Shown here: positions 12,547 to 23,822 of the stretch, piece after piece
Layout of the letters: each line of letters opens with the position of its first letter
Numbering within the stretch: the stretch's first letter is position 1
Source: Nitrososphaeraceae archaeon
GTDB taxonomy: Archaea > Thermoproteota > Nitrososphaeria > Nitrososphaerales > Nitrososphaeraceae
Direction: 5' to 3'
Length of the DNA: 64,000 bases
NCBI GenBank assembly: GCA_031316115.1
Contig: JALDRC010000011.1
Coordinates: forward strand, 4,978 to 68,977
Position numbers and translations under genes: made by a program
Notes under the pieces: generated by a model
Seen by the model: only the letters and a program-made list of their open reading frames with translations
Database searches by the model: none
Told to the model about the DNA's origin: nothing

Positions 12547-13758
12547 GTGAACAGATTTAAACTTTTATTTTTAAATTCTACTATATTGATTATTGTGCTA
12601 GGTTTAGTACCTGTGGCCTTCTTTATATCTCTTGTCTATGCCCAAGAATTTGAAGTCAATGAAGAAGATTATTTTGATACAGATGAAAACCAAGATAATG
12701 AAAAAGACACATCATCAAAAACTAATTCTCAATCTGCATCCAGCACCAGAATCTCAGAGGATACTGATAATGAGAACTGTATAAATAATCAAATTGAAGC
12801 AGTTTTGTTATCTGATAGTTATACAGATTCTGATGAATTTTACAAGTCAAATTTTCACTTTATAAAAAAATTTGACAAGGATGGTAATCTTGTAGATAGT
12901 TGGGGCACTGTTGGTTCCGGAGATGGACAGTTTCTTCATGCTCATGGAATAACTGTTGATTTAGAAGATAATATTTATGTTAGTGATGCAGAAAATTGCA
13001 ACATCCAGAAATTTGATAAAAACGGAAATTTTATTACTAAATGGGGTACAAAAGGGAAAGGCCCAGGACAGTTTATGCAACCTGAAAGCATGGCTGTAGA
13101 TTCTAAAAATAACATCTACCTAGCAGAATATTCAGCTAACAATATTCAAAAATTTGATAGCAATGGAACATTCGTAACTATGTGGGGGAAGAATGGAGAA
13201 AATGCAGGTGAATTTAAAAAACCATGGGGTGTAGCGGTAGATTCAAATGATAATGTCTATGTTAGTGATCAAGCACTCCCAAGAGTACAAAAATTTGATA
13301 GCAATGGAACTTTTATAGATATGTGGGGAAAATACGGGTCAAAGAAAGGTCAATTTGTACATCAACATGACATTACTGTAGATTCAAATGATTCTATTTA
13401 CGTTACAGATGGCAGACAAAATTCTCGAATATCGGTATTTGATAGTGAAGGTAACTTTATCAAACAGTGGGGAAGTGAAGGCAAAGATGAAGGACAGTTT
13501 ATAGAAGACCATGGTATTGTTGTTGATTCAGAAGGTAATGTCTATGTTGTAGATACAAGAAATGTAAGAATACAAAAATTTGATAGTGACAGTAATTTTG
13601 TTACCATGTGGGGATCTCTTGGGTGTAAAGATGACCAATTTTTGATTCCACATGATATAGCAATGGATTCGGAAGGATACTTGTATGTTACAGATAGTGG
13701 AAAATCACACTTTAGAGCAAATTATGACTGTAGCAAAGGTAATAATAAAGAAGCATAA
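12547..13758 (+). CDS. Secreted NHL-repeat (6-bladed beta-propeller) protein
   Basis: Repeated G.F..P.GI.VDS.GN.YV.D....RIQKFD..G.F...WG. Confidence 0.92.
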   Translation: MNRFKLLFLNSTILIIVLGLVPVAFFISLVYAQEFEVNEEDYFDTDENQDNEKDTSSKTNSQSASSTRISEDTDNENCINNQIEAVLLSDSYTDSDEFYKSNFHFIKKFDKDGNLVDSWGTVGSGDGQFLHAHGITVDLEDNIYVSDAENCNIQKFDKNGNFITKWGTKGKGPGQFMQPESMAVDSKNNIYLAEYSANNIQKFDSNGTFVTMWGKNGENAGEFKKPWGVAVDSNDNVYVSDQALPRVQKFDSNGTFIDMWGKYGSKKGQFVHQHDITVDSNDSIYVTDGRQNSRISVFDSEGNFIKQWGSEGKDEGQFIEDHGIVVDSEGNVYVVDTRNVRIQKFDSDSNFVTMWGSLGCKDDQFLIPHDIAMDSEGYLYVTDSGKSHFRANYDCSKGNNKEA

Positions 13759-14044
13759 CTACTTTAGTATTATCTTCATACCATATAGTATATTTCTATA
13801 ATAGTATATTCCATTTCTAGCCCAATAATATTTCCATAACCTTATGATTAAAACTCTATTAGTTCAACGCCTGGAGTAGAACATGTATGCTTGCTTCAAA
13901 TCCAAATGAAACACCAGTACATCAGAAGATAACTCAGATGTATACGCAAACAGATTTTATACCAACATAGAAGAACAAAAGAATACAATATCAGAATAGC
14001 TTGAAAAGAATTTGGAGGATGATATAATGACATTCATGATAGCA

Positions 14045-14150
14045 CTTTATAATGAATCTCTGATAGAATCTGGATGAATTTAATATATTTTGATTTTAAC
14101 ATATCACACAATGAAGATATTCAGAAGATGAATAAAGACAAAGTGTATCA
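14045..14150 (+). pseudogene. Second IS5-family fragment (5' end)
   Basis: YNESLIE...MNKDKV, with DNA similarity to 11535-11640. Confidence 0.55.
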
Positions 14151-14756
14151 AAATACCATCCCAGCATCCTGACGATTATATACAGAACTTGTTGCACTGA
14201 ATATTAATGAAGGTCAAAAGATTATGGAAGTTCTAAGGTTTATGATTTACATTATTGTGTATAGTTATTTATTACTATAAATTGTTCCAGATTGATAATT
14301 AGAAATAACCTGATTAAAAAAAGTAACATTGGACATACTTAATGGAAAATATGCAGAGGAAAAATAATTTTTATCCTTGGTAAAAGTAATGGTATATGGT
14401 TCTCTAATCTCAGTTGGATTGTATCATCTAACTCTTTCGCCTGTGTCTTGATAGTAAAAATACAAATGTAATTAATACCATGATAGCGTTTTCTAACCCT
14501 TCTAAAATTTTATGATTGGTAATTTGGCTATAAATATTTTCAATCGATACAATTGCTGATAATAGATAACATAAACAAGATTTATGATTGCCAAAATAGT
14601 TTAGTAGGTAAATTCAATAGAATAAGAGAGCAAGATTTTGATATTGATACCCTCTATTTGGTATTAATAATATTATAATAATATCATACTCTGATAAAAT
14701 GAAATTAATGGTATCAAATACATAATATTTAAATTCAACTAAAATTTTACCGATAT

Positions 14757-15167
14757 GTGACTCAATCTAGACCAATTGGAATTCCTGTTATTGCTATTCT
14801 TATGATTATTGGTGGAGTAATACTTCTCTTCAATGGAATCGCTCCTTTATTTTTAGGTCCTCTGATTAGCATTGATGTTTCTGATTATCCAATTAATACT
14901 TTAGGGCTAATAATTACAATAGGTGGCTTAGTATTAGTAGGACTTGGAATAGCAAGCTTTATTGTATCATGGGGTCTTTTAAAAAGAAAAGTATGGGCTC
15001 GAACAATTACACTTGTAATCAGCCTAATTGCAATAATATTTGCGATTATAAATCTTATAAGCAGTGAAGATTTGATACATATTATTGGAATAATAGTATA
15101 CGGCATAATAATTTACTATCTCTATACAAAAAAAGTAAAATTATTTTTTAGTAAGGTTCAAGAATAA
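14757..15167 (+). CDS. Small 4-TM membrane protein
   Basis: RPIGIPVIAIL start, four hydrophobic segments, WGLLKRKVWAR. Confidence 0.8.
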   Translation: MTQSRPIGIPVIAILMIIGGVILLFNGIAPLFLGPLISIDVSDYPINTLGLIITIGGLVLVGLGIASFIVSWGLLKRKVWARTITLVISLIAIIFAIINLISSEDLIHIIGIIVYGIIIYYLYTKKVKLFFSKVQE

Positions 15168-15619
15168 TTTACTATCTAAATTTTTTTAAATAAAGTCGAA
15201 ATTTTTAACATATCCTAAAATGGTAAACTTAAAAAACTAGATGATGTTAATAGAATAGTTTCAAGAGTTGTGGTTAAATCATTAACCATGATTAAACAAC
15301 GTAAGTATATTTTTTCAACTCCTGAATGCAGTAATTTTCCTGAGTTCACCTGATTATATATAAAAATACATTATTTCAACCAAAATCTCCCTGGGAGTAC
15401 ATTTAGCGATTTAGTTCTATTACGCATACTCACAGAATAGAACATAACTAATGAGTACAATACAATATCAGTAGATATTCTTGGTCATTTCAAAATCTAA
15501 ATAACCATCAAATTAAAAAGTACGTCAAGATTATAATTTTTCACCAATTCAAAAATATTCTATTAACTTTATGTATTTGAGACAGCATTTATATAGAGAT
15601 TTTTAGTTGTTAACTGTAT

Positions 15620-16162
15620 ATGTTTCATTATAAAGCAGACTTTTCAAATTTTCTTTTATTAGCAGCAGTTTTTTCTCTTATTATATTTACTTTCTATTCA
15701 TTAGATAATGCATATTCAATAAATCCAACCAATCCTACCGATCAAACTATCAAAGGTGCTATAACTAGTCTAACCAATGAAAATAATTTGTCAAAACCCT
15801 CTTGGATTCTTGCTGGTGTATTCAAAATAGAAAATGTCACCTCATCTCCTACATTTAATAGTACTTTTTACATGATTAAAACTGATGGAACAAATAAACA
15901 CATACATTCTATATATGATTTTAAGTTAAATGGTGAGCCAATTGTAAATCCTAATAATAACTCAACCGTACTTAATGGTACTTCTACAATAACTATGAAA
16001 GACGGACCTGTAAAGGAGGTTCCAACAGTGATTTCATTATTAAATGATGATGGCTTTACTATTTTGGTAGATCCTTCTAAAGTAAGCAATCATTTTGGTA
16101 ACTGGCCTATATACGGTACACAACATCTGATTTGCGTAGAAATCCCCAGTTATTGCAAATAA
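15620..16162 (+). CDS. Secreted hypothetical protein
   Basis: Signal peptide; WILAG.F...F.MIKTDG...H.H...NHFG..PIYG pattern typical of a Nitrososphaeraceae family. Confidence 0.75.
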   Translation: MFHYKADFSNFLLLAAVFSLIIFTFYSLDNAYSINPTNPTDQTIKGAITSLTNENNLSKPSWILAGVFKIENVTSSPTFNSTFYMIKTDGTNKHIHSIYDFKLNGEPIVNPNNNSTVLNGTSTITMKDGPVKEVPTVISLLNDDGFTILVDPSKVSNHFGNWPIYGTQHLICVEIPSYCK

Positions 16163-16811
16163 AATACATCCCCTTTAATTCCATCTAATACTCTGTTTTT
16201 TATTATTTAAAACAGATTTATAATTTAAGCTCGGTAATAATAATCATTTCAATACGTGGTTGAGATAGCATTACTCATAATTTTTACAAGATGCATTATT
16301 GTTATCTAAATTAAATTAAATGAATTTATTAAACACTGAAATAGTAGTTATTCAATTCCTGACAGATCAATAGATTACTCATGTTTATTAATAAATCAAA
16401 TATATTTCAGTTTCTGGATCCAAAACATGAATTATATTTCATATTTGAAATTATGATTGAAAGAGTAATTCAATATTTTAACGATTGGATTTCATATCTA
16501 TTTTGATGATTAATATATGCGTAATAATATCAAAATGGTAAATTGTGATCAAAAGCCTCATTATGGGTTCAACCTCTTAGTTTGTATGTGTGTTTAAAAA
16601 TTAGAAACCACTTCTATTCAAGAATGAGATGAAATAATTCAAAGTTAAAAATAATGACACGGCTCTTTTACAAGAAAATATAATCCTATCTTATTATTTA
16701 ATTTAATTTAATTTAATTAAATGCTATAACTATTATATGATAATTATTTGAGACTGGGTCATAATTCAGTTAGCAAATATTGTAATGTAAGCAGTATTGT
16801 ATTATCAATTC

Positions 16812-17117
16812 TTATGTTCCTAACATGTATTTTATTACCATAGGGTTATCACTGTCGGTCTTACAGTTATAGTATACAAGTAACTGGTATAGTAAAACTG
16901 ATAGGACTACTATTGCACAACTCTTAGCATACCCTCTAACATGTAATGGAACTATCCTGAATCCCGATTTGATATGCCCTCTCAAAGGTTCTATAGATGT
17001 ACTTCTAAATGAATAGTTGGCCTGTCCAACATTAGATTTATAAAATTCTATCAATTTTATCCGGTCAAGAGGTGTATTTTTATATCTTTGTACAGGATAC
17101 ACCAATCTAAATTCCAT
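16812..17117 (-). pseudogene. C-terminal fragment of a DDE transposase
   Basis: RSTSIEPL..HIK..FRI.PL.VRG...LLYQL.VYYN...IKYMLGT; no N-terminal part. Confidence 0.65.
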
Positions 17118-17128
17118 GCTATTGCTGA

Positions 17129-17650
17129 GATGATTCTTTATTACATGAAGTAAAGAATCTAAAATTATCGGGTAAAATAGAAATTAGTGAAGCATTATTT
17201 GGCGGTCACAAGGGAGGAGGTAAACGTGGATGGGGTACAATTGAGCAAAAAAATCTTGTATTTGGTCTATACAAAAGAAATGGAATAGTAATTACTTTCC
17301 ATGTATATGATAGAAAACATGAAACACTAATTCCGTTAATAAAAAAATATACCAAGAAAGGTAGTTTGTATTATTCTTATGATCATACTGCATCCGCAAT
17401 GCTGAATATGATTGGAAAACACAAAGTAGTTGCACATGTAAGAGAAGAATACGTTAGAGAGGATAGTCATATTAATGGATTAGAAGAATTCTGGAGTTAT
17501 GCTAAAACTTTGTTATATCATTATAGAGGAGTACCAAAACAATATTTTCATCTATATCTAAAAGAAATAGAATTCAGATTCAACAACAGAAACAAAAATA
17601 TCTTCCATATGTCTGCTAATATCCTCGTGAAAACTGTTCCAAAACCTTAG
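17129..17650 (+). pseudogene. Truncated IS1595-family (ISXO2-like) transposase
   Basis: Frame open from 17129: LSGKIEISEALFGG (first catalytic D replaced by S), HINGLEEFWSYAK, YLKEIEFRFNNR. Confidence 0.85.
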
Positions 17651-17824
17651 GTGTTACCTTTGATAATCCCAAACCTCTATTTATGTGAGTTTTGAAGCGA
17701 TTTGTTGTAGATAATGATGTCTACAATTCAGAACTAATTATTTGGTAAATAACTTTTCAAAAAAAATACTGAAATTTGCAGATAGTACTGAATTATTAAA
17801 TGCAGAAAAAGGAGGGAAATTAAT

Positions 17825-19081
17825 CTAAGCTATTTGCGAATTAAATGTATTTTTCTGTGAATTAGGAGGAACTATTTCTCTTATTTCAACATCATATATA
17901 TCAAATTTAAAATCATTTGCTTTTAAAATCACTATTGGAGAAGCCCAAGTGATTGCTTGACCATCAGTTTGGGCACCACACTTTTTCATATTGTCGCCCC
18001 AATCACCATTATCTATCATCTCATGTATTTTTTTGTATGGTCCTTTTCCACCATTTTCAGTATCTACCCAAGTTTCAAGCTTGACTGCAGTATCATTGAT
18101 ATTGTAAACTATGCCTTTAAAACCTATTATTTTTTCATAAATGTCTCCTACATTCAAACTTTCATTATATCGTTCCCATTCATAATCAATATGAAATTGT
18201 TCCTTTTTCATTCTTACATTTCCATCATCTGAAATATTGTTATGATAACTGGATCCTCCACAGAAAAATTCGGGCTCATTATTTGATTTTTTATATTCAT
18301 TATCTAATTGAGCATGTGTTATAGACCTTGTTACTATTGAAAGTGCATGATGCTCCTTTTCCGAACGTGACGAATCAAGCAACTTAAAAATCAAAGTTGT
18401 CTCTATATTCTTCCAATCAGTTGGCTTGTACCAATATCCTTTATCATTGAGTTTAGAAAAATTCCAACTTTGGATTTTACCTGAGGACATGTTATTTAAT
18501 TTTACTGGGTCATCTGGCAGTATTCCTGCATCCTTGGTATGAATATCTATTCTAGGTCTACCAAAATCTATTCTCCAGCTTCCGTCTTTGTTCTGTTTTG
18601 TGAAAACGTTTGATTTATCTTCTTTATTTACTTGTACTTTATCATTTGGATTAGTTTTATTAAAGTTGTACGTTTGTCCATCTGGAGCTGTTTGGTATAT
18701 TTGAGGTATGTGTAAAATTCTGTAATTATGTTTAAGAATCAGATCTTGATCTGTGTGTGTCCAAGAGACATCGTACTTTTCTTTATTATCTTTATCTTTT
18801 TTTTCTAGATTATATTTACTTTTTCTTTCTTTCTTTTTATCATGGGTTTTCTTTTCCTTTTCTTTGTTTTCAGTATCTTTGGTGTTTTTATCTTCTGTTT
18901 TGGTCTTTGCCCCCTTTTCATCCTTACCTTCTGAGTTATTATTATCTTCATTGTCTGGTTCTGCAAAAATTAGCATGGATTTATTATTAGTATGGTTATA
19001 ACTAATAATAGAAACTAAAAGGAGTATACTTAGAAAATAACATAACCATGCAAAGGTATTTTTTTCACTTTGATGATCCAA
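17825..19081 (-). CDS. Secreted protein with Lys/Glu/Asp-rich linker and conserved C-terminal domain; paralog of 21510-22688
   Basis: Signal anchor, low-complexity linker, DWKNIE, KLETWVD, ITW, VEIREI motifs. Confidence 0.8.
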   Translation of the reverse strand: MDHQSEKNTFAWLCYFLSILLLVSIISYNHTNNKSMLIFAEPDNEDNNNSEGKDEKGAKTKTEDKNTKDTENKEKEKKTHDKKKERKSKYNLEKKDKDNKEKYDVSWTHTDQDLILKHNYRILHIPQIYQTAPDGQTYNFNKTNPNDKVQVNKEDKSNVFTKQNKDGSWRIDFGRPRIDIHTKDAGILPDDPVKLNNMSSGKIQSWNFSKLNDKGYWYKPTDWKNIETTLIFKLLDSSRSEKEHHALSIVTRSITHAQLDNEYKKSNNEPEFFCGGSSYHNNISDDGNVRMKKEQFHIDYEWERYNESLNVGDIYEKIIGFKGIVYNINDTAVKLETWVDTENGGKGPYKKIHEMIDNGDWGDNMKKCGAQTDGQAITWASPIVILKANDFKFDIYDVEIREIVPPNSQKNTFNSQIA

Positions 19082-20217
19082 TTCATATCAAATAGATTGT
19101 TATGATATATAATAAATTGCAAAGGATCTATAAGAAAAAAATTTGTTATTTATTTATAGAATCTATTTCTGTAAATATATTCTTAGATTTGATATATGAA
19201 ATAATTCTATTATCTATATTTATTTTAAGTATTTTTTATTGATAATTTTGTCTGGTAATAATATTTCAATTGATTTAATTATATTAAGAATAATAGGTTT
19301 TTGATCTTATTTTGTATATTTCTATCTTATTAAAAGTAAATTCTATCTAATGTCATATATTTCTAATGACATCACAAGCCTTTGTCTAAAAGATTTACTT
19401 AAATTATGAAAGAGTAAAAAACTGGTCCAAGGCGGTATAAAGTTTTCTTCTTGTATCTTTATAAAATCTAAATAACTAAACTCATGCTTTTTCAGGATTT
19501 CATAGGATGAAATTTAATATCTACGGATATACTTTTTTGTTGAGATAACAGGTTTATCATTTTCAGGAATTGTTAAACAATAATAACTCCAATAAAAAAT
19601 ATGTACAGATTTTAACATATCACCGAGAAAAAATATATGGTAGATTCTAGGAAAGATTAACCTTAATAATAAATAACGTAGTTTAATAGACAAATATTTG
19701 ACGAATTTTGAATATGTGAAACTTTCAAATACTTATAGCTTATATATCAACATCGTAATAGTGTATGAAAATCATCAAAAATGTGATAAATTAAATGATT
19801 TTTATTTCAAAATTTATCGCATTATTAATGAATACCTTTCTTTTATCGCTTGTATATTCTAGAATGTGTAAAATAAATAATAAAAACTCCATTCTATTTG
19901 ATAATTGGTATTGTGCGTATTTTTTTAATGAATACTAACTAATCATCTATTCAAAATTAAGATTTATTTACTATATTTATCAACTAAAATATCCACAAAT
20001 TTGAAAAAACAAAAAAAACAACCAGTATTTTTGATTATATTATTAATAAGCTTTCCAAAAACGCATGATTATCGAGATAATTCTGATATAATCTGACTTA
20101 ATTTAATAAAATCTTACTTCTATCATCTTACAAAATCTAGTATCACAGAAATGATCTTTTTTTAAAATAAAATATGTGAAGTTGTGTTAATTTTTCCATT
20201 GAATGTTTTCTTTCTTA

Positions 20218-21057
20218 TCATCTTACTGGCAAACTATTTGCACTATCAAACTTCTTTAATACTCTTTTTTCGCATTCTTGAGCTTCAGGAGGGCTCAAGT
20301 CATCACCTGCGACACAAGCCAGAAATTTATCTCCTAGCTGAATTAATCCAGCATCTGTCTGTCTATCGAAGGTAAATGTTCTTGTTATAGTATCATCTTT
20401 GCTTTTAGAGATCTCTTGCTTTGCATTGTCTATTAGTTCTGATTGGATTTGACCTTTCAACATCACCATTACTTTGATCTTGTCTGCATTCTTTCTATCC
20501 GACATTGGGACCACAAGTTTAACGATTGCTTTCTCATTGTGATCACCGGTCTGACTCGTAGGTCCACCATTTGCATTAAAGAAGGCTAAGCTATCTTCGT
20601 AAACCATTGAAGAAGGTTTGAAAAGACTTACTGTGGTAGGTCCGCTAGTAGATGCCATATCTCCTTCATTACAATCATATTTTGTTAACTCTGAGTCACT
20701 CATGTGTTCCTTCACATGATATACACATGCAATATATTCATCAGGAGGACTTCCTTTGACAAGATCGTTTTCAGCATCTACCTTAAAATCAACTTTCATA
20801 GTCTGCTTTGCAGGGTCTATTTCAGAAAAAGGGATGTCTTTTGTGAGAGTTTCTCCATTAAATAAGGCTGTAATCCTTAAAAAACCATCTCTTTCCAAAT
20901 CTTGTAAAAATATTTTGACTCGAAGTGTGATTTTATCTTTACCGTTGTCCTCGTCTTGTTGAGCAAATGTTGTTTCAATAGAAGGGGCTAAGATTAATGG
21001 CAAAGCTAAAGCTAGAATCAGAACACTAGATAGGATTGTTATTGTTTTTCTCATCAA
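20218..21057 (-). CDS. Secreted hypothetical protein with two internal repeat domains
   Basis: Signal peptide; repeated DEYIACV...CNEG and DKFLACV...CEKR. Confidence 0.8.
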   Translation of the reverse strand: MMRKTITILSSVLILALALPLILAPSIETTFAQQDEDNGKDKITLRVKIFLQDLERDGFLRITALFNGETLTKDIPFSEIDPAKQTMKVDFKVDAENDLVKGSPPDEYIACVYHVKEHMSDSELTKYDCNEGDMASTSGPTTVSLFKPSSMVYEDSLAFFNANGGPTSQTGDHNEKAIVKLVVPMSDRKNADKIKVMVMLKGQIQSELIDNAKQEISKSKDDTITRTFTFDRQTDAGLIQLGDKFLACVAGDDLSPPEAQECEKRVLKKFDSANSLPVR

Positions 21058-21509
21058 TTCTGGATTATTTTAAAACATGTTTAATATTTATGTTCTACTG
21101 ATACCAAATCTTTACTAAATACCGTGATTTTATCAAACTCATTTGACCTTTATACATTCAAAGCTCTTAAAATGAGAAAGAAAAATATCTTTTTTGCAAG
21201 CAAAATCAATGATTATTGTTTCAACACAATTTTCTTTACTGTAATCTTGTATTTTCCTAATCATTTTATAAAATACAAGACTTCAGATTCAAATAAGAAT
21301 ATATTTTTTTGTGGGGCAAAATAAGGTAAAAAGTCATGGTTTAACTTTGAATAAAGTCTAATAAAAACTCGATTATATCACTTAAACTTATAAATTTTCT
21401 TTGATTTACACAGAATATTTTTCAAAATAATGATTTATAAAAAATCAAATAGAAGATTATTCACAAAAATTAAAATCCAGTATTTTTTTTGAGTATTGTA
21501 TAAGCGAAC

Positions 21510-22688
21510 TTGATTTTTAAAAACATAACTTTTATCTTGATACTCATATCTATCTCATTACTAATAGTTCCTTTTATTGACTTTAATGATAATAAATTTG
21601 CATCCGCAAAATCAGACGATGATGATGACGATAAGGAAGAAGATGACGAAGAAGAAAATAAAAATTACAAGAAAAAATCAAGGGATAAAGATAAAGACAC
21701 ACAAGATGAGAAGGAAGATCAACAACAAGGTGATGACGAAAAAGACAATGACAAAAAGACAAAAAAAAGTAAAAAAAATAAAAATAAGAAAGAGTTTGAT
21801 AACTATAGCGAAGCATCTTATGATAGAACTCTAACAGATAATAGAGAAAATGATGCTTATGATATATTTGGTATAAAAGAGATCTATCCAACTTCTTTAG
21901 ATGGCGAGGAATGGTTTTTAGATATGGAAGATCCAGTTGCTGATCCTCAGTTTAGTCCATTCAATATGAATACAAAAGCTACAGATCCAAATTTCAAGCT
22001 CACCCAAAATGAAGATGGCTCTTGGAAACTTAAATCAAAAAATTCTGAAGCTAAAGTCAGGATGGATGTATTTACCACTGATGGATATCATCCAGAAAGT
22101 ATAGAAACCTTTGATCATACAGAGCTGGCTAAAAAAGGATTTATGCAATCAGAAAAAGATTGGAAAAACGTGGAAATAACTGGATATATAAAACTTAACC
22201 ATCGTACCATACCATTAGATGAAGGAAAGTTTACTTGGTATAATAGAGGCGGCCATCATTCGGCTTCCAATCCCTGTGAGGGTGTAGGTTACAAAGGAAG
22301 TATTTATTTTTCAGGTGATTTAAAATTTTCAAAAGAACAATGGCATGTTAGTTACTTTTTTACTGATATTGAAAAAGGAATTGACTCATTAGAGGATAGA
22401 TGGATTGGTTATAAATTTATATCATATAATATTCCAGATCCTGACGAATCATCAGATACATTAGTGAAAATTGAAAGTTGGGTTGATATGGACAATGATG
22501 GAAATTGGATAAAGATGGATGAATACATAGATGATGGAAAATGGGGGAAATCGGGTAAAAGATGCGATGGGGAAAAAGATCAAATAATTACATGGGGAGG
22601 ACCTATTGCCACTTTTAGATGGGACAGGGCAGATGATGTTGACTTTATGGACTTGAGCGTTAGAGAAATTGAACCGCCATATATATAG
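21510..22688 (+). CDS. Secreted protein with acidic/basic linker; paralog of 17825-19081
   Basis: Signal peptide, DWKNVE, KIESWVD, ITWGGP, LSVREI. Confidence 0.85.
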   Translation: MIFKNITFILILISISLLIVPFIDFNDNKFASAKSDDDDDDKEEDDEEENKNYKKKSRDKDKDTQDEKEDQQQGDDEKDNDKKTKKSKKNKNKKEFDNYSEASYDRTLTDNRENDAYDIFGIKEIYPTSLDGEEWFLDMEDPVADPQFSPFNMNTKATDPNFKLTQNEDGSWKLKSKNSEAKVRMDVFTTDGYHPESIETFDHTELAKKGFMQSEKDWKNVEITGYIKLNHRTIPLDEGKFTWYNRGGHHSASNPCEGVGYKGSIYFSGDLKFSKEQWHVSYFFTDIEKGIDSLEDRWIGYKFISYNIPDPDESSDTLVKIESWVDMDNDGNWIKMDEYIDDGKWGKSGKRCDGEKDQIITWGGPIATFRWDRADDVDFMDLSVREIEPPYI

Positions 22689-22721
22689 CATATACTCTCA
22701 ATAAGATTTTCCGCAATCTAG

Positions 22722-22865
22722 AAACAAATTGTTACTAGAACCGGTTTTACATTAATTTATGATTTATTGAAGAAATTGAAGCATCATGCAATTGATAACG
22801 ATCAGACTTTGACCGCGATAGTTAATGATGCATTGTATGAATATCTGGATAGAAGAAACGGATAG
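22722..22865 (+). pseudogene. Ribbon-helix-helix (CopG/MetJ-like) DNA-binding protein, start codon missing
   Basis: Manual translation KQIVTRTGFTLIYDLLKKLKHHAIDNDQTLTAIVNDALYEYLDRRNG*; in-frame TAG at 22719 upstream. Confidence 0.65.
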
Positions 22866-22993
22866 AAAAATAGTAGAATCATTTCATTCTTTGTTTTGGA
22901 GATATTATTAGATCAATATAGGTACCAATAGTTTCTATTATCAATGGAAATAAACTACTTTTATCTAATGCTATATGTAAAACCATTAAACCC

Positions 22994-23074
22994 AATATAT
23001 CCATAGACAAGTCAAATCGGATGGTAGGTAGAAAGGTTTGCACTCTACTATCATTTCTCTACCATCTGGTTTTT
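22994..23074 (+). ncRNA. Cassette 1
   Basis: Stem 23014-23027/23059-23072 (AAATCGGATGGTAG/CTACCATCTGGTTT, 2 G-U), ends TTTTT; start site inferred. Confidence 0.6.
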
Positions 23075-23132
23075 AGTATTTGGTTAATTTTTAAATTAAT
23101 ATCTCATTCGAATAAAACTCATTATATCAATA

Positions 23133-23185
23133 GATTGGTAGATATGCTAGATGAATATAGTCCTAAGTATTTTCTAGTATCAATC
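23133..23185 (+). ncRNA. Cassette 2 (degenerate)
   Basis: GATTG/CAATC and ATGCTAGA/TCTAGTAT stems at the expected periodic position; no clear T tract. Confidence 0.35.
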
Positions 23186-23233
23186 GTAATAAATCAGTCT
23201 TATCTAATATTGCGTGTAAAACCAAGGATTTGC

Positions 23234-23302
23234 AGGGCTTACCGATGGAATCTATACCAGATGGTAGAAAAATTCCTTATAGTGTCTCTACCATCTGGTT
23301 TT
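23234..23302 (+). ncRNA. Cassette 3
   Basis: Perfect 13-bp stem ACCAGATGGTAGA/TCTACCATCTGGT; shares TTATCTAAT-N6-TGTAAAACCA and an 18-nt 3' end with cassette 1. Confidence 0.6.
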
Positions 23303-23361
23303 AATATTTTTTTTATTTTTTCTAAAACCACTAAATATTTTATTTACCATGATATATTGCC

Positions 23362-23446
23362 GGAAGGCAGGAATACAATCTGGAGGGTAAGATAGTAGTT
23401 TAAGCCATATTGGTCATCACTGCTATTATCTTACTCTCTAGTTTTT
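23362..23446 (+). ncRNA. Cassette 4
   Basis: 19-bp stem 23380-23398/23423-23441 with 3 G-U pairs, then TTTTT. Confidence 0.65.
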
Positions 23447-23497
23447 ACTAACTTTTATCATAAAGTGCAAAATATTATGATTCACATAAGATAATAC

Positions 23498-23575
23498 AGA
23501 GTGGTGTATCATAGCTCGGAGAGCAACAATGTAGAAGTTTAGTATCCTCTTTCCTTCTACCTGCTCTCAAATTTT
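23498..23575 (+). ncRNA. Cassette 5
   Basis: GAGAGCA/TGCTCTC outer stem and GTAGAAG/CTTCTAC inner stem. Confidence 0.6.
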
Positions 23576-23615
23576 ATCGAACTTATAAATATTATATTTA
23601 CCATGTTATATTACC

Positions 23616-23696
23616 AATAAGGTAGTAAGACGTTCCGAAGGAAGGCAGGATAGTAGTCAATCAATCCCTTGTTCTACTATCTTACTTTCCAATTTT
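23616..23696 (+). ncRNA. Cassette 6
   Basis: 17-bp stem 23640-23656/23674-23690 (2 G-U, 1 mismatch), then AATTTT. Confidence 0.65.
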
Positions 23697-23750
23697 CACT
23701 AACTTTTATCATAAAGTGCTAAGTATTATGATTCCCTTAAATTTATACCT

Positions 23751-23822
23751 AAAAAAGGTGCGCCACAATGGGAGAGCATTAAGGTAACAGGAACACGAAT
23801 TGTCCTAACCGCTCTCCAATTT
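23751..23822 (+). ncRNA. Cassette 7
   Basis: GGAGAGC/GCTCTCC outer stem with inner GGT/ACC and AGGA/TCCT. Confidence 0.6.

Noticed and set aside
18520-18529. 10-nt match (GTATTCCTGC) to the cassette 4 leader
   Set aside because: Same sense as that gene's mRNA, and a match of this length is expected by chance given the number of leader windows.
22898-22945. Possible tenth cassette starting GGAGA
   Set aside because: It is at about the right spacing but pairing is weak and there is no CTCC arm.
23021-23395. 124-aa ORF over the array
   Set aside because: Low-complexity product running through several hairpins and T tracts; better explained as a chance ORF.
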